Assembly: GCF_963921235.1 (NCBI RefSeq)
Contig: NC_086097.1
Span: 110,362,001 to 110,426,000, forward strand
Source: Mobula hypostoma
Taxonomy: Eukaryota
Reading direction: 5' to 3'
Length of the DNA stretch: 64,000 bases
Shown here: positions 24,906-38,200 of the stretch, one piece after another
Layout of the letters: each line of letters starts with the position of its first letter
Numbering within the stretch: the stretch's first letter is position 1
Translations under genes and position numbers: made by a program
The notes under the pieces: generated by a model
The model's input: the letters and a program-made list of their open reading frames with translations, nothing else
What the model was told of the DNA's origin: nothing
The model's database searches: none

Positions 24906-25584
24906 CCGAATATGCCCACAGGAAAATGAATCTCAGGGTTGTATATGGTGATATATATGTCTTTTGATAATAAATTTACTTTGAATTTTGAATTTTAATA
25001 CCAGAGACAGGTAATGCCTCAGTGACACTTGGTATTTGCACTCTTCAGTCCTGCAGACAGCTTGATGCAGCTATACACAAAGATGGCCATCAGGGTGATA
25101 GCAAAGTTGGCTACATTTTCCCCTCTTTCTCTTGTGTCTCATGCATCATAATCTGTCATAGATCCAGCTTGGATCCCCAGATGAAATGGAAGATGACTTG
25201 GGTGACTGACGTGGCGGAGAAGGAGGATATGATCCACACTTCACCACTGAGAGCATCTTGTACCTGATGACCAGGATCACGGCCACCATCAAGAAGGAGC
25301 ACCACTGCAGCTCCTCGACAGCAGATCCACAGCACCTTCATGTAGTTAGGAATAAAGGATTGGTCAGGGCCGTGGCCTTGCTCTTCCTTTGGCTCACCAG
25401 GCCAGTTCAGAATGCTTGTGGATGCTAATTAATCTGCAGACACTCTTATCGTGGATCTGCGCAGAAGACTGTAATAACATATACTGTACGCCTTGAATTA
25501 TCATGGCAATTATATATAAATCATTGAATAAGAGTACAAATTGAATCAATTGCTGATACAAACAACCATACTTAACATGGAGAA

Positions 25585-26160
25585 AGTTCAAGTTCAAGTT
25601 TAATGGTCATCCTACCATACTTACGAATACAGCCAAATGAAACAGCATTCCTCTGGAGCCAAGATGCAAACCACAGAACCCACATTCACACACAGTGCAC
25701 AGCACATATAGCGCATATAATTATGATGCACAGTTACAAAAAATAATAGAATAAACCAAGTCCCTGAGCGTCATGACCTGTAGATTGGTGATGCATAGAT
25801 GTTAATGGATGTTGTCCTGAAGCCACACTTCTGCATGACAAGCCTATAGCACTTCTTCATATTGAGCAATGGAGCCACAGACTAACGCAATGCAGCTGAG
25901 CAAACACTGGAAAGCGGCACCAGTGAGGGGGGCTATCCTCTAACTCAAAATGGATTCCAGCGGTACACAGCCAGCTCTGGTTTTCCTTTCTCCAAGGCAC
26001 AACAGCCAACCCCCAAGACATGAATGAGAGCTGGTTCCACCTTGTTAGTCATGCCAATGAACCAGTGAATCAGTCTTGCAGTGTTCTGCATTACCGATGT
26101 CCAACAGGATTTTTGTGATTGCAACAAAACCTGCCAAGACAACCATCTGCACTGTTTGTT
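25585..26160 (-). mobile_element. LINE-tailed non-coding element
   Basis: (AAGTTC)n tail and antisense copy of the tail seen at 18060-18130; 5' boundary uncertain. Confidence 0.5.
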
Positions 26161-26736
26161 GGATCATGCGCTGCCTAGCATCTTCTTCCCTGGGTGACTG
26201 AAGCAGTCTGTGACGCAGTGAGCAACAAGTCCAGCTCCACTGCTACTCACCAACCAGTGGGGTAGATGTACAATGCTTGATGCTCTTGATAACCAGCAGT
26301 ATCTTGCGGTTGTGAAAAAGACATAAAGGATTGAACAATTACACCATTGGTTGGACCCAGGGTGGCTGCTGCGTCTGAGCGCGACACTGTCTTGCCAGGG
26401 AAACACATATTGGGAATGTATGGTAGACTCAATATTCTTCACAAAATATTCTTTATTAAAATTAGTAGACAGCATAATCCACATGGTACAATCACCTCTC
26501 TGCCGGGCTTCCTAACTTCTACTAGTACCACTGACCTGTGGATTTGTCGATAAGGTATGAAGATCTAAAACTTCCAGTATTCCAGAGAGTACTGCAAGTG
26601 GGTGATGCATCTGGACACCCATGGCCACCTACAGCAAAACCAAACAAACGACAGGATGGGTTGCACATTTTCAATCATGAAATTAATAATTTAAGGTCAT
26701 ATGGAATGGGCACAGAAAAGGAAAGCAAAGCTGATA

Positions 26737-27933
26737 CTTCATACTTTATACTTTATTGTCGCCAAACAATTGATACTAGAACGTACAATCATCACAGCGA
26801 TATTTAATTCTGTGCTTCCCGCTCCCTAGATTACAAATATTAAATATTTAAAATTTTTAAAATAGTAAAAATTAGTAAATATTAAAAATTTAAATTATAA
26901 ATCACAAATAGAAAATAGAAAAATGGAAAGTAAGGTAGTGCAAAAAAACTGAGAGGCAGGTCCAGGTATTTGGAGGGTACGGCCCAGGTCCGGGTCAGGA
27001 TCCATTCAACAGTCTTATCACAGTTGGAAAGAAGCTGTTCCCAAATCTGGCCATACGAGTCTTTAAGCTCCTGAGCCTTCTCCTGGAGGGAAGAGGGACG
27101 AAAAATGTGTTGGTTGTGTGGGTCGTGTCCTTGATTATCCTGGCAGCACTGCTCCGACAGCGTGCGGTGTAAAGTGAGTCCAAGGACGGAAGATTGGTTT
27201 GTGTGATGTGCTGCGCCATGTTCACAATCTTCTGCAGCTTCTTTCGGTCTTGGACAGGACAACTTCCATACCAGGTTTTGATGTACCCTAGAAGAGTGCT
27301 TTCTACGGTGCTTCTATAAAAGTTAGTGAGGGTTTTAGGGGATAGGCCAAACTTCTTTAGTTTTCTCAGGAAGTAAAGGCGCTGGTGGGCCTTCTTGGCA
27401 GTGAATTCTGCTTGGTTGGATCAAGTCAGGTTATTTGTGATATTGACCCCAAGGAACTTAAAGCTTTTGACCTGCTCCACTTGCGCACCACCGATGTAAA
27501 TTGGGTTGTGCGGTCCGCTACTCCTTCTGAAGTCAACAACAAATTCCTTCACCTTGCTGACATTGAGGGAAAGGTTATTGTCTTCGCACCATGCCACCAG
27601 GTTCTTAATTTCCTCTCTGTACTCAAACTCATCATTAACTGAGATACGGCCTACAATTGTTGTGTCATCAGCAATCTTATATATTGAGTTTAATGGAAAC
27701 TTGGCTACACAATCATGGGTGTACAGTGAGTACAGCAGGGGGCTGAGTACACAGCCTTGTGGGGCTCCGATCTCAGAGTGATTGTAGAGGAGAGCTTGTC
27801 CCCTACTTTTACAGCCTGAGTCCTGTCTGTGAGGAGGTTGAAGATCCAGCTACAGATCTGAGTGCTAAGGCCCAGGTTCCGGAGCTTAGGAATCGGTTTA
27901 TTTGGAATGATGGTATTAAAGGCAGAGCTGTAG
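26737..27933 (-). mobile_element. Relatively young Rex1/Babar LINE, 5'-truncated
   Basis: Antisense GAPQGCVLSPLLYSLYTHDC and ADDTT; C-terminal LPSRRRLRSLKTRMARFGNSFFPTVIRLLN; (TAAAGTA)n tail. Confidence 0.9.
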
Positions 27934-30868
27934 TCAGATCATTGATCAGTACCAGCTTTGCACTGTGAGACAAGCAGAGCAGCCTTTGTTGGTGCCGACC
28001 AGTGTTAGAGTGGAGAAGATTTGACTCAGCAGGCTTTGGCGACAACAGGCTTGGGTGAGCTAAGTTTCTGATAAGTTTCTTCTTCTTCCTAATTTATCTG
28101 TTAGTGCAGTTAAAAAAAGGGCTCCCGGGGCTGTGTTGTATTCTTTGTGTGAGATGTGGAAATCTGGGAGACCTCCAGCCTCCTGGATAACCACATCTAC
28201 ACCAGGTGCAGTTCAATAACCTTCAGCTCGAACAGGAGACAAAGGTGGTGATAGATAGGAGCTACACGGAGGTAGTCACCCCTAAGTTACAGGAAGCAGG
28301 TACCTGGGTGACTATCAGGAGGGGAAAAGGAAATGGGCAGCCAGTGCAGAGTATCCCTGTGGCTGTTCCCCTCAGTAATAAGTATACTGCTTTGGATAGT
28401 GTTATGGCAGACAGTGTACCTGGGGAGGCACAGTGACTAGGTTTCTGGCACTGAGTCTGCCACTGTGGCTCAGAAGGGAAGAGGGGAGAGAAGGCTGCAG
28501 GAGAGCTAGGGGATTCCATAGTTAGAGGAGAAGATATGAGATTCAGTAGACGTTAAAGAGATATGTGGATGATGTGCTGCTTCCCGGGTGCCGGTGCCAG
28601 GATCAAAGATGTCTCAGATCAGGTCCATGGCATCCTAAAGGAAGAACTTGAGCAGCAAGAAGTCTTGGTACATATTGGCACCAATAACATAGGTAGGAAA
28701 AGGGTGGAGGTCTTGAAGAGAGAATTTAAGGAATTAGATAGAAAGCTAAAAAGCAGGACCTCCAGGGTATTCATCTAGGATGATTTGGCTGATGAATGCA
28801 TGGCTGAGGAACAAAGCGCAGGAGCAGGGCTTCAGACTTTTGGGATCTCTTCTGGGGAATGTATGACCTGTACAAAAGGGATGGGTCACACCTGAACCTG
28901 AGGGGGACCAATATCCTTATGGGCAGGTTTGCTAGAGTTGTGTGCAATGAGCCTGTCAGGAAGGACAAGCATTTGCTAGGGCAAATTTGCAGTCAATGGG
29001 ATGAGTTGCAGTGTAATATGGAGATGAAATCAGAAAGGGCAACAAATATTTGAATATACACAGTTGACGGAATAAGGTAGATGATTTGTAGAGCATTTAG
29101 AGACTGTTAGGTATAATATTGTGGACATTTCTGAGTCATGGCAGTTAGAGATTGGTAGGTATGACTTTATGGGCAGCACTGAATCATGGCTAAAAGAAAA
29201 TCATAGCTGGGACCGAAACATCCAAGGATACACATTGTATCAAAAGGACAGGCAGGTAGGCAGAGGGGTGGGGTGGCTCTGTTGGTAATGAAATCAAATC
29301 TTTACTAAGAGGTGACATAAGATTGGAAGATGTAGAATGCTTGCGGGTAGAGTTCAGAAACTGTAAGGATAAAATAACCCTGATGGGAATTATATACAGG
29401 CCTCCTAACAGGAGCAAGGATATGGGGTATGAATTACAAAGGGAGAGAGAAAACACATGTCAAAAGGGCAATGTTACAATAGATATGCAAGATTTCAATG
29501 TACAGGTATGTTGGGAAAATCAGGATGGTTTTGAATCACAAGAGAAGTTCTAAGAGATGGCTTTTTAGATTAGCTTGTAGTTGAGCCCACTAGAGGAAAG
29601 GCTATGCTGGACTGGGTATTGTGTAATGAACTGGATTTGATCAGGGATCTTACGGTAAAGGAACCTTTATGAGTCAGTGATCATAATATGATAGTCTTCA
29701 CCCTGCAATTTAAAAGTCAAATGTATCAGTATTACGGTGGAGTAAAAGGGACTTATAGAAGCATGAGAGAAGAGCTGGCCAAAGTTGATTAGAAGGAGAT
29801 ATTAGCAGGGATAACAGTAGAACAGGAAGAAATCAGAATAGCGCAGGATAGATATATCCAAAAGATGAAGAAGTATTCTAAGGATGGATGATGCAACCAT
29901 GGCTGACAAGGGAAGTCAAAGACAGTATAAAAGCAAAGAGAAGGCATATAGTAGAGCAAAAAATACTGGGAAGTTAGAGGATTAGGAAACTTTTAAGAAC
30001 TAACAAAGCTACTAAAAAGCCATATGGTGAGAAAAAAATAAAATATGTAGGTCTCAAACAACAGGAATTCTGCAGATGCTGGAAATTCAAGCAACATACA
30101 TCAAAGTTGCTGGTGAACGCAGCAGGCCAAGCAGCATCTATAGGAAGAGGCGCAGTCGACGTTTCAGGCCGAGACCCTTCGTCAAGACTAACTGAAGGAA
30201 GAGTGAGTAAGGGATTTGAAAGCTGGAGGGGGAGGGGGAGATGCAAAATGATAGGAGAAGACAGGAGGGGGAGGGATAGAGCCGAGAGCTGGACAGGTGA
30301 TAGGCAAAAGGGGATACGAGAGGATCATGGGACAAGAGGTCCGGGAAGAAAGACGGGGGGGGGGGTGACCCAGAGGATGGGCAAGAGGTATATTAGGAGG
30401 GACAGAGGGAGAAAAAGGAGAGTGAGAGAAAGAATGTGTGCATAAAAATGAGTAACAGACGGGGTACGAGGGGGAGGTAGGGCCTTAGCCGAAGTTAGAG
30501 AAGTCGATGTTCATGCCATCAGGTTGGAGGCTACCCAGACGGAATATAAGGTGTTGTTCCTCCAACCTGAGTGTGGCTTCATCTTTACAGTAGAGGAGGC
30601 CGTGGATAGACATGTCAGAATGGGAATGGGATGTGGAATTAAAATGTGTGGCCACTGGGAGATCCTGCTTTCTCTGGCGGACAGAGCGTAGATGTTCAGC
30701 AAAGCGGTCTCCCAGTCTGCGTCGGGTCTCACCAATATATAAAAGGCCACATCGGGAGCACCGGACGCAGTATATCACCCCAGTCGACTCACAGGTGAAG
30801 TGATGCCTCACCTGGAAGGACTGTTTGGGGCCCTGAATGGTGGTAAGGGAGGAAGTGTAAGGGCATGT

Positions 30869-31400
30869 CCCACCACTAAGCACATCTTTCCCTCCCCCCC
30901 CCTCTGCATTCCGCAGGGATCGCTCCCTACACAACTCCCTTGTCCATTCGTCCCCCCCATCTCTCTCCACTGATCTCCCTCCTGGCACTTATCTGTGTAA
31001 GCGGAACAAGTGCTACACATGCCCTTACACTTCCTCCCTTACCACCATTCAGGGCCCCAAACAGTCCTTCCAGGTGAGGCATCACTTCACCTGTGAGTCA
31101 ACTGGGGTGATATACTGCGTCCGGTGCTCCCGATGTGGCCTTTTATATATTGGTGAGACCCGACGCAGACTGGGAGACCGCTTTGCTGAACATCTACGCT
31201 CTGTCCGCCAGAGAAAGCAGGATCTCCCAGTGGCCACACATTTTAATTCCACATCCCATTCCCATTCTGACATGTCTATCCACGGCCTCCTCTACTGTAA
31301 AGATGAAGCCACACTCAGGTTGGAGGAACAACACCTTATATTCCGTCTGGGTAGCCTCCAACCTGATGGCATGAACATCGACTTCTCTAACTTCGGCTAA
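30869..31400 (+). pseudogene. PLE ORF C-terminus: Cys-rich linker + GIY-YIG endonuclease (5'-truncated; mirror copy 30485-30868 on minus)
   Basis: GTYLCKRNKCYTC..FTCESTGVIYCVRCSRCGLLYIGETRRRLGDRFAEH..VATHF..LEEQHLIFRLGSLQPDGMN. Confidence 0.92.
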
Positions 31401-31696
31401 GGCCCCACCTCCCCCTCGTACCCCATCTGTTACTCATTTTTATGCACACATTCTTTCTCTCACTCTCCTTTTTCTCCCTCTGTCCCTCTGAATATACCTC
31501 TTGCCCATCCTCTGGGTCACCCCCCCCCGCCGTCTTTCTTCCCGGACCTCCTGTCCCATGACCCTCTCGTATCCCCTTTTGTCTATCACCTGTCCAGCTC
31601 TCGGCTCTATCCCTCCCCCTCCTGTCTTCTCCTATCATTTTGCATCTCCCCCTCCCCCTCCAACTTTCAAATCCCTTACTCACTCTTCCTTCAGTT

Positions 31697-31732
31697 AGTC
31701 CTGACGAAGGGTCTCGGCCTGAAACGTCGACT
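31697..31732 (+). ncRNA. Minimal type I hammerhead ribozyme motif in the PLE 3' region
   Basis: AGTC-CTGACGA-A-GGGT(CTCG)GCCT-GAAAC-GTC-GACT; helix I AGUC/GACU; loopless palindromic helix III (ACGT); predicted cleavage after C31728. Confidence 0.85.
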
Positions 31733-34395
31733 GCGCCTCTTCCTATAGATGCTGCTTGGCCTGCTGCGTTCACCAGCAACTTTGAAATATGTAGGTCTGC
31801 TAGCCAATAATATCAAAGAGGATACCAAAACATTTTTCAGATATATAAGGAATAAAAGAGAGGGGAGAGTAGATATTGGACCACTGGGAAATGACGCTGA
31901 AGAGATAGTATTGGGGAGGACAAGAAACTGGCAGAAAAACTAAATAAATATTTTACATCCATCTTCACTGTGGAAGAAACTAGCAGTATGCTGGAGGTTT
32001 GAGAGTGTCATAGGGCAAAAGTGAGTGCATTTGCTATTAATAGGGAGAAGGGGCCTTGGGAAACTGAAAGGTCTGAAGGTAGAGAAGTCACCTGGACCAG
32101 ATGGACTACACCCCAGGGTTCTGAAGGAGGTAGCTGAAGAGATTGTGGAGGCATTACTAGTGATCTTTCAAAAATCACTACATTCTGGCATGGTTCTGGA
32201 GGGCTGGAAAATTGCAAATGTCCCTCCACTCCAGCAAGGGCTGGAGGAAAAAGAAAGGAAATTATTGGACAGTTAGCCTGGCTTCAGCGGTTGGGATGAT
32301 GTTGGAGCTGACTGTCAAGGGTGAGGTCTCAGGGTGCTAAGACACATGATAAATTAGGACAAAGTTCAGCGTGGTTAACTTAAGGGAAAACCTCGTCTGA
32401 CAAAATTGTTGGAATTTTTAAGGAAATCACAGACAGGATAGACAAAAGGAGAATCTGTGGATTTCAGAAGGCCCTTGACAAGATGTTACACATGAGGCTG
32501 CTAAACAAGATGAGAGCATGATAGAGCATTGGCTGATTGACAGGAGGCAAAGAGTGGGAATAAAGGCAGCCTTTTCTGTTTGGCTGCTGGGGACTAATAG
32601 TGTTCCACAGGTGTCGGTGCCGGACTGCTTTTTATGTTATACATCAATGATTTGGATGAAAGGATTAATAGCATTGTGGCCAAGTTTGCAGACAATATGA
32701 GGCAGGTAGTGTTGAGGAATCAGGGAGGCTGGAGAAGGACATAGGCAGATTAGGAGAATGGGCAAAGAGGTGGCAGATGGAATACAGTGTCGGGAAGTGT
32801 ATGGTCATGCACTTCAGCAAAAGGAACAAGAGCATAGACTGCTTTCTAAACGGGGAGAAAATTCAAAAATCCGAGGTGCAAAAGGACGTGGGAATCCTTG
32901 TGCAAGATTCCCCAAAGGTTAACTTGCTGGTTGAGTCAGAGAAAGGCAAATGCTGTGTTGGCAATTTTTTGAGAGGAATAGAAAATACCCCCTCAACAAC
33001 AGATATATCAATTTAGCAGCTATATTTTCTTTAGTCAGAGAGTAGCTGTGGAATTCTTTGCCACGGGCAGCTGTGGGGGCCAAATCTTTATATATATTTA
33101 AGGCAGAGGTTGATAGATTCTTGATTATTCAGGGCATAAGGAGATATGTTTGAAGGCAGAAATTTAGGGCTGAGAGGAAAATTTAATCAGCCTCGTTGAA
33201 ATGGTGGAGTGGACCCGATGGGCCAAGTGGCCTAATTCTGCTCCTATATCTTAAGGTCTTATAAAAGCAAGGATGTAATGCCAAGGCTTTATTCTCTCTG
33301 GTGAGGCCTTACTTGGAGTGTTGTGAACTGTTCTGGGCCATTTACCTAAGAAACGATGTGCTGACACTGGAGAAGTTCCAGAGGGGGTTTATGAGAATGA
33401 GGAGGATATGATGGCTTTCAGCCTTTACTCAATGGAATTTAGAAGACTGAGGGGGGATCTTATTGAAGCCTATCAAATGTCAAAAGGCCCATAGGGAATG
33501 GATGTGGAGAGAATGTCTTCCTATTGTGGGGGAGTCTCGGACCAGAGGGCACAGCCACAGAATAGAGGGACATTCATTTAGAGTGGCGATGAGAAGGAAT
33601 TTCTTTAGCCTGAGGATGTTGAATCTGCGGAATTCATTGCCACAGACAGCTGTGGAGACCAGGTCATTTGGTGTATTTAAGGCAGAAGTTGATAGGTTCT
33701 TGATTAGTTAGGGCGTGAAGGTTATCGGGAGACACCAGGAGAACGGGGTTGAGAGGGAAAATGGATCAGCCATGATGAAATGGAGGACAGACACAAAGGG
33801 TCAAATGGCTTAATCCTGCTCCTATCTCTTATGGTCTTATGGTCATGTGAAATGGAAGCACTGACTTGAGAGGCCAGGTGGCCTGCTGTTTCATTGCAAC
33901 AAAGGTTTGTGTTTCCGGTTTGGTAAGGCAGAAAGACACAAATCCCCGTCATCTACTTAGAACCAGAAAACTTTGTTTATTAGGACAGAATAGCATGCGT
34001 TAAAACACTTATCTAGTTATGCACAAACTCTTCTCTCTGCAGCATATCTTCAATTCTGCTCGTTACTAGCCCATCTGTGAAGCCCCGCAAAAACCTTTGA
34101 GCCCCTAACTCCTCTACTTTTATGCCCATTCCACTGTTGCAGTAAGTGAACCAGCTGAAACCACTGAACCAGAACCAATCTTCAGTTGTCACCACACTTC
34201 ACAAATCCCACCCCTTGGCACACCTGACTTTCATGTTCCCACAGCTGGATTCTCTCTGACACCATGTTGTATTCCCACTGTACATTGCATTTTCACGGTC
34301 CCTGTCACGTACATTCAATGGCAGACCACAGTGGTGGTGCTGGGCTTGTTGGAGATCAGAGTTTCCCTTGGAGAACTTTTTTTGGATTGTAGGGG

Positions 34396-34474
34396 CTGGG
34401 ATTCCCAACCTTTTTTAAACCATGGACCCCTACCATTAACAAAGGGGTTCATGGTCCCAGGTTGGAAACCCCTG
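34396..34474. mobile_element. hAT-type MITE (~80 bp)
   Basis: TIR CTGGGATTCCCAACC/GGTTGGAAACCCCTG; homologous to 39463 and 60924. Confidence 0.75.
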
Positions 34475-36473
34475 TGGTAGGGCAAGGTGGTTAGGTAGCT
34501 GAGAGATCAGTGATGAAAATGAGTCAGCAACTGGACCTTGGAGATTGGCAGTGATATCAAAGACTAATATGGGGAGTTACTTGATGGAGGCACCAGATGA
34601 GAAGGTATAATAATATTTCCGGTAATGAACACTCCTGGGAAAAATATGGTCCTTCCATATTGTTTCAAAAGAAGAATGACTTGCGAAATGTCATTCTCTT
34701 GTTATCAGACGTGATTTCTTTGCACGTTTTTAGTGATTTCAATCAGGCAAGTGAGTGGGAGGAAGTTTCGGTCTCTAATTGTCCATAAAAGTCTTGTGAG
34801 CAACCATGGGATATAACACCTCAAAGCAAACTTAAAATGGATGGCTGTCTCTTTGCTAGCATGGACCTCAACACAATGGCAAGTTCCAGCACCCATTGCT
34901 GAGTGGTAGGCAGAAATGACTGCAGATACTGAGAGTGATTTGGTGCAATGTGACTGTGACATAATCAGTATTTTTTGTTCCCGGGATAGGGAATTATCAT
35001 CAAACTAAAGCAAAGCACAGTAGATGCTGGGAATCTGAGGAAAATGCTAGAACATCACAGCAGCTCAGGCAGCATATATGCAATGAGAAACCAAGATAAC
35101 TTTGCAGATTCTTGAACTAATTTAAGTTAAATTTCAGTAGAGTCATGGAGCAGCTGTACACAATGAATGTAATGGTTAGCCATAACTTGTTAAAGTAACA
35201 ATGCTCAATAAGAATATTTACGGAGAAACAACCCCATCTATCTGGTCCCTCCTCATAACTAAAGGACTACAGTCCTAGTGAATCTCCTATGCAGTCTCTT
35301 CAGTGCATCCACATCCTTCCTATAACGTTAGTTTGCACTATGAATTAATGAGTGCAGTTCCAACTGGAACTGCACACGATACTCACAAGCTCAAACTAAA
35401 CATTGTTTTGTAAAGTCACACCATAATATCCCAACTTTTAGATTCCATACCTAGAAGTAAGAAAGTAAACAGGCATCTGCCTTCTTCATTACACTTTCTA
35501 TCTGTATTGTCACTTTCAAGGAATTCCTGACCTGAAGCCTAAACTCCTCTGTTCATCAAAATCCCTGTTGGTCTACAATTTACTGTGTATGTTCTACCCT
35601 TACTTGATTTCCCAAAAAGCACTTATTGGATTGAAGTTTCACCTGCCAGCAATCTATCCAACTATTCACCTGGTCTGTATCCTGTTGTTGCCTGAGACGT
35701 CCTCACTCTTCATAACACCACCAATCTTAACTCAGTGTTTACGTTGGTAAACATGCTGTGCACGATAATATATTCACAACTGCAGTTAGGACATAACACA
35801 TTTTATTTGACTTGCTATGATTAAAATATTTGTAAACATGAACTTAAATTGTTAATATTGAAGAGTATACACAAAACTGATTAAACTTGAGACATCATGC
35901 ACATATGGATTGCTTTTGAAGAAGCAAGCACTTTCTAACCAATAGGGTCTTTGCCTATGGCTAAAACCTTTTCTTTTATTTCTTAATGTTCTGTGTCTGT
36001 TTGCCCTGTGCTCTGGCTTTAACTTACTTCTCCATTCATCTTCTTCCTCATCTGCTTTCTCACCTGAGATACTGATGTGACCTTCACATCAGTTGGGATG
36101 CTACATAATCTGATCCTTCCTGCTCTGGCCACATTAATGATGAACAGGAAACATTACTAACATATTTTCAAGACATTCTAACTCAGGCTTGGAACTTTGA
36201 AATTGTTTTCCACAGAACATTAGATTTTTTTTGCAAATGCTCCATTTCTAGCTGAAGTGTATCTTTCCCTTCTGGAACTTCATGAGTACTTTGAGTACTG
36301 TGGACAATGGCACTCTGACTTATCTGCTCCTTTTATACCATTATCACTATTTGGCTTCCTGCAGTTTCTCTGTTCCGTAAACTGCTGACAATATTTCCTA
36401 TTGCCTCAAATCTCATGAACTTCTTCATGGCCCATACCCATTCAAACATTCTAATATCGCAGGGTCCCAGATA

Positions 36474-37004
36474 TACACTCAGTCGCAACTTTATTTGGTA
36501 CACCTATACACTGGCTTGTTAACAGACATATCTAATCAGCCAATCATGTGGCTGTAACCCATTGCATAAAAGCATCCAGACGTGGTCAAGAGGTTCAGTT
36601 GTTGATCAGACCAAACATCAGAATGGGAAAGAAATGTGATCTAAATAACTGACTGTGTAATGACTGTTGGTGCCAGATGGGGTGGTTTGAGTATCTCAAA
36701 AACTGCTGATCTCCTGGGATTTTCACAACCGTCTCTAGAGTTTACAGAATGGTGTATAAACAGAAAAATATCTGGTGAGCTGCAGTTCTGTGCACAAAAA
36801 TGCCTTGTTAATGAGAGAGGTCAGAGGAGAATGGTCAGACTGGTTCAAGCTGACAGGAAGGTGACAGTAACTCAAATAATCACGTGCAACAACAGTGGTG
36901 TGCAGAAGAGCATCTCTGAATGCACAAGTCATCAAACCTTGAAGTGAATGGACGACTGCAGCAGAGACCACAAATATACACTCAATAAGTGACCACTAAG
37001 TGTA
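36474..37004 (+). mobile_element. Non-autonomous Tc1-like element with a transposase N-terminal remnant
   Basis: TA-flanked TIRs; ORF 36660-36947 VGARWGGLSISKTADLLGFS..LVNERGQRRMVRLVQADRK. Confidence 0.85.
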
Positions 37005-37511
37005 CAACCAAGATCCCTTATCAAAGTCAACTACCATCACTACCATCAGAGTTGCTGTCACCTGTTCCATATTGCTGTCCTTGATTAGCTCAGCCAAGGT
37101 TATTGGATTGTTGTTCCAGGTCATTAGTCTGTGCCTAATGCAAGCTTGCATGAGACCACCTGGTACCTCATTTTGCAAGCTAGCTGGAAGGATCCAAAGG
37201 TTGAGGCAGTAATTACTGAGGTGGACTGACTGATTTGTCAGCATTACACTTTCCTAGTTGTATACATATATGTGCCTAAGGTTTTTTCACAATAATGTAT
37301 AAAGTCCTGGACAGCATTTGGTTGTAATGTGCTACTTAGCTCTTCAATAATCTCATCAAATGCACATTCTAAGATAATAAAATAGGCTTTTTCAGTCACA
37401 GTCCATGAACACTAACTCACCAATCCTCTTTTAAACTACGTATTTATTTACTATTTGTAGTAATATGTTTTGCCTGCTGAACAAAACAACAGATTTCACA
37501 ACTTATGTTGG

Positions 37512-37790
37512 ACACCACCATAGCGTAGTGGTTAGTGTGGCACTATTACAGCTCGGGACATTGGAGTTCTGAGTTCAATTCTGGCATCCTCTGTAAGCAA
37601 GTTAGTATACTCTCCCTGTGAGCACGTGGGTTTTCTCCAGGTACTCGGTCCTACAGTCCAAAGATGTACTGGTTAGTAGGTTAATTAGTCATTGTCTTGT
37701 GATTAGGCTTCAGTTAAATCAAAGGGTTGCTGGGCAACGTGGCTCAGTGATCCGGAAAGACCTGTCCCACACTGTATTTCTAAATAAATT
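37512..37790 (+). mobile_element. tRNA-derived V-SINE/HE1-like SINE
   Basis: A box TAGCGTAGTGG, B-box-like GAGTTCAATTCT, V-core CGTGGGTTTTCTCCAGGTACTCGG..CAGTCCAAAGA. Confidence 0.7.
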
Positions 37791-38077
37791 AAATATGCCA
37801 GTTACAATAAACCTGGTTCAAATACTCATTCAAAAGATGCATTTAATGTACTATTATCTTCACCTGTAGAGGGCAGAATTGGCTGAATGTTGCCTATTAA
37901 GCAAAGAGAACATTTCAATTGTGGCTTAAACTGATGAAAATTAACATTTTAGGTTTGCCATCAGTTCAAATCTGATTCTCTTTGAGCTGCTGTGGAATTA
38001 GAGCTCAGCAGGTGGAAAATTAAATGTTCATCAAAATTTCATTACAAAGTAGCCCAAAACCTCAGAATGAATGATAA

Positions 38078-38200
38078 ATAAGAGAAAATCTGCAGATGAT
38101 GGAAATCAAAGCAACACACACAAAATGTATGAGGAACTCAGCAGGCCAGGCTGCATCTATGGAAAAGAGTAAACAGTCAGCTTTTCAGGCTGAGTCCTTT
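38078..38200 (-). mobile_element. Short old PLE terminal fragment (another at ~39725-39805)
   Basis: agagaaaatctgcagat..gaggaactcagcaggccagg; ends in a hammerhead remnant. Confidence 0.75.

Larger units (their letters stand above)
30055..31784. mobile_element. Young Neptune-type PLE as a head-to-head inverted duplication
   Basis: Arms 30102-30868 and 31017-31784 almost identical in reverse complement; 148-bp loop; 14-bp TSD AAATATGTAGGTCT (30041-30054, 31785-31798). Confidence 0.96.
27935..33845 (+). mobile_element. Decayed long CR1 LINE containing a PLE (30055-31784) and a small CR1 3' insert (~33020-33262)
   Basis: ORF1 VAVPLSNKYTAL, FPGA..VLVHIGTNN..DGSHLN; ORF2 GIIYRPP, KSPGPDGLHPRVLKEVA; tail TCTTATGGTCTTATGG. 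Confidence 0.9.

Noticed and set aside
25000..26700. Possible ancient DNA transposon or exon remnants in GC-moderate unique sequence
   Set aside because: No convincing motif, TIR or splice pattern could be established by eye.
30485..31400. Selenocysteine/readthrough as in Naiad PLEs, or a bacterial GIY-YIG gene transfer
   Set aside because: No in-frame TGA in the young copy; context and motifs are ordinary Neptune-type PLE.
37512..37590. tRNA genes here and at 50900 and 62530
   Set aside because: tRNA-derived SINE heads followed by SINE core and tail; no complete cloverleaf.
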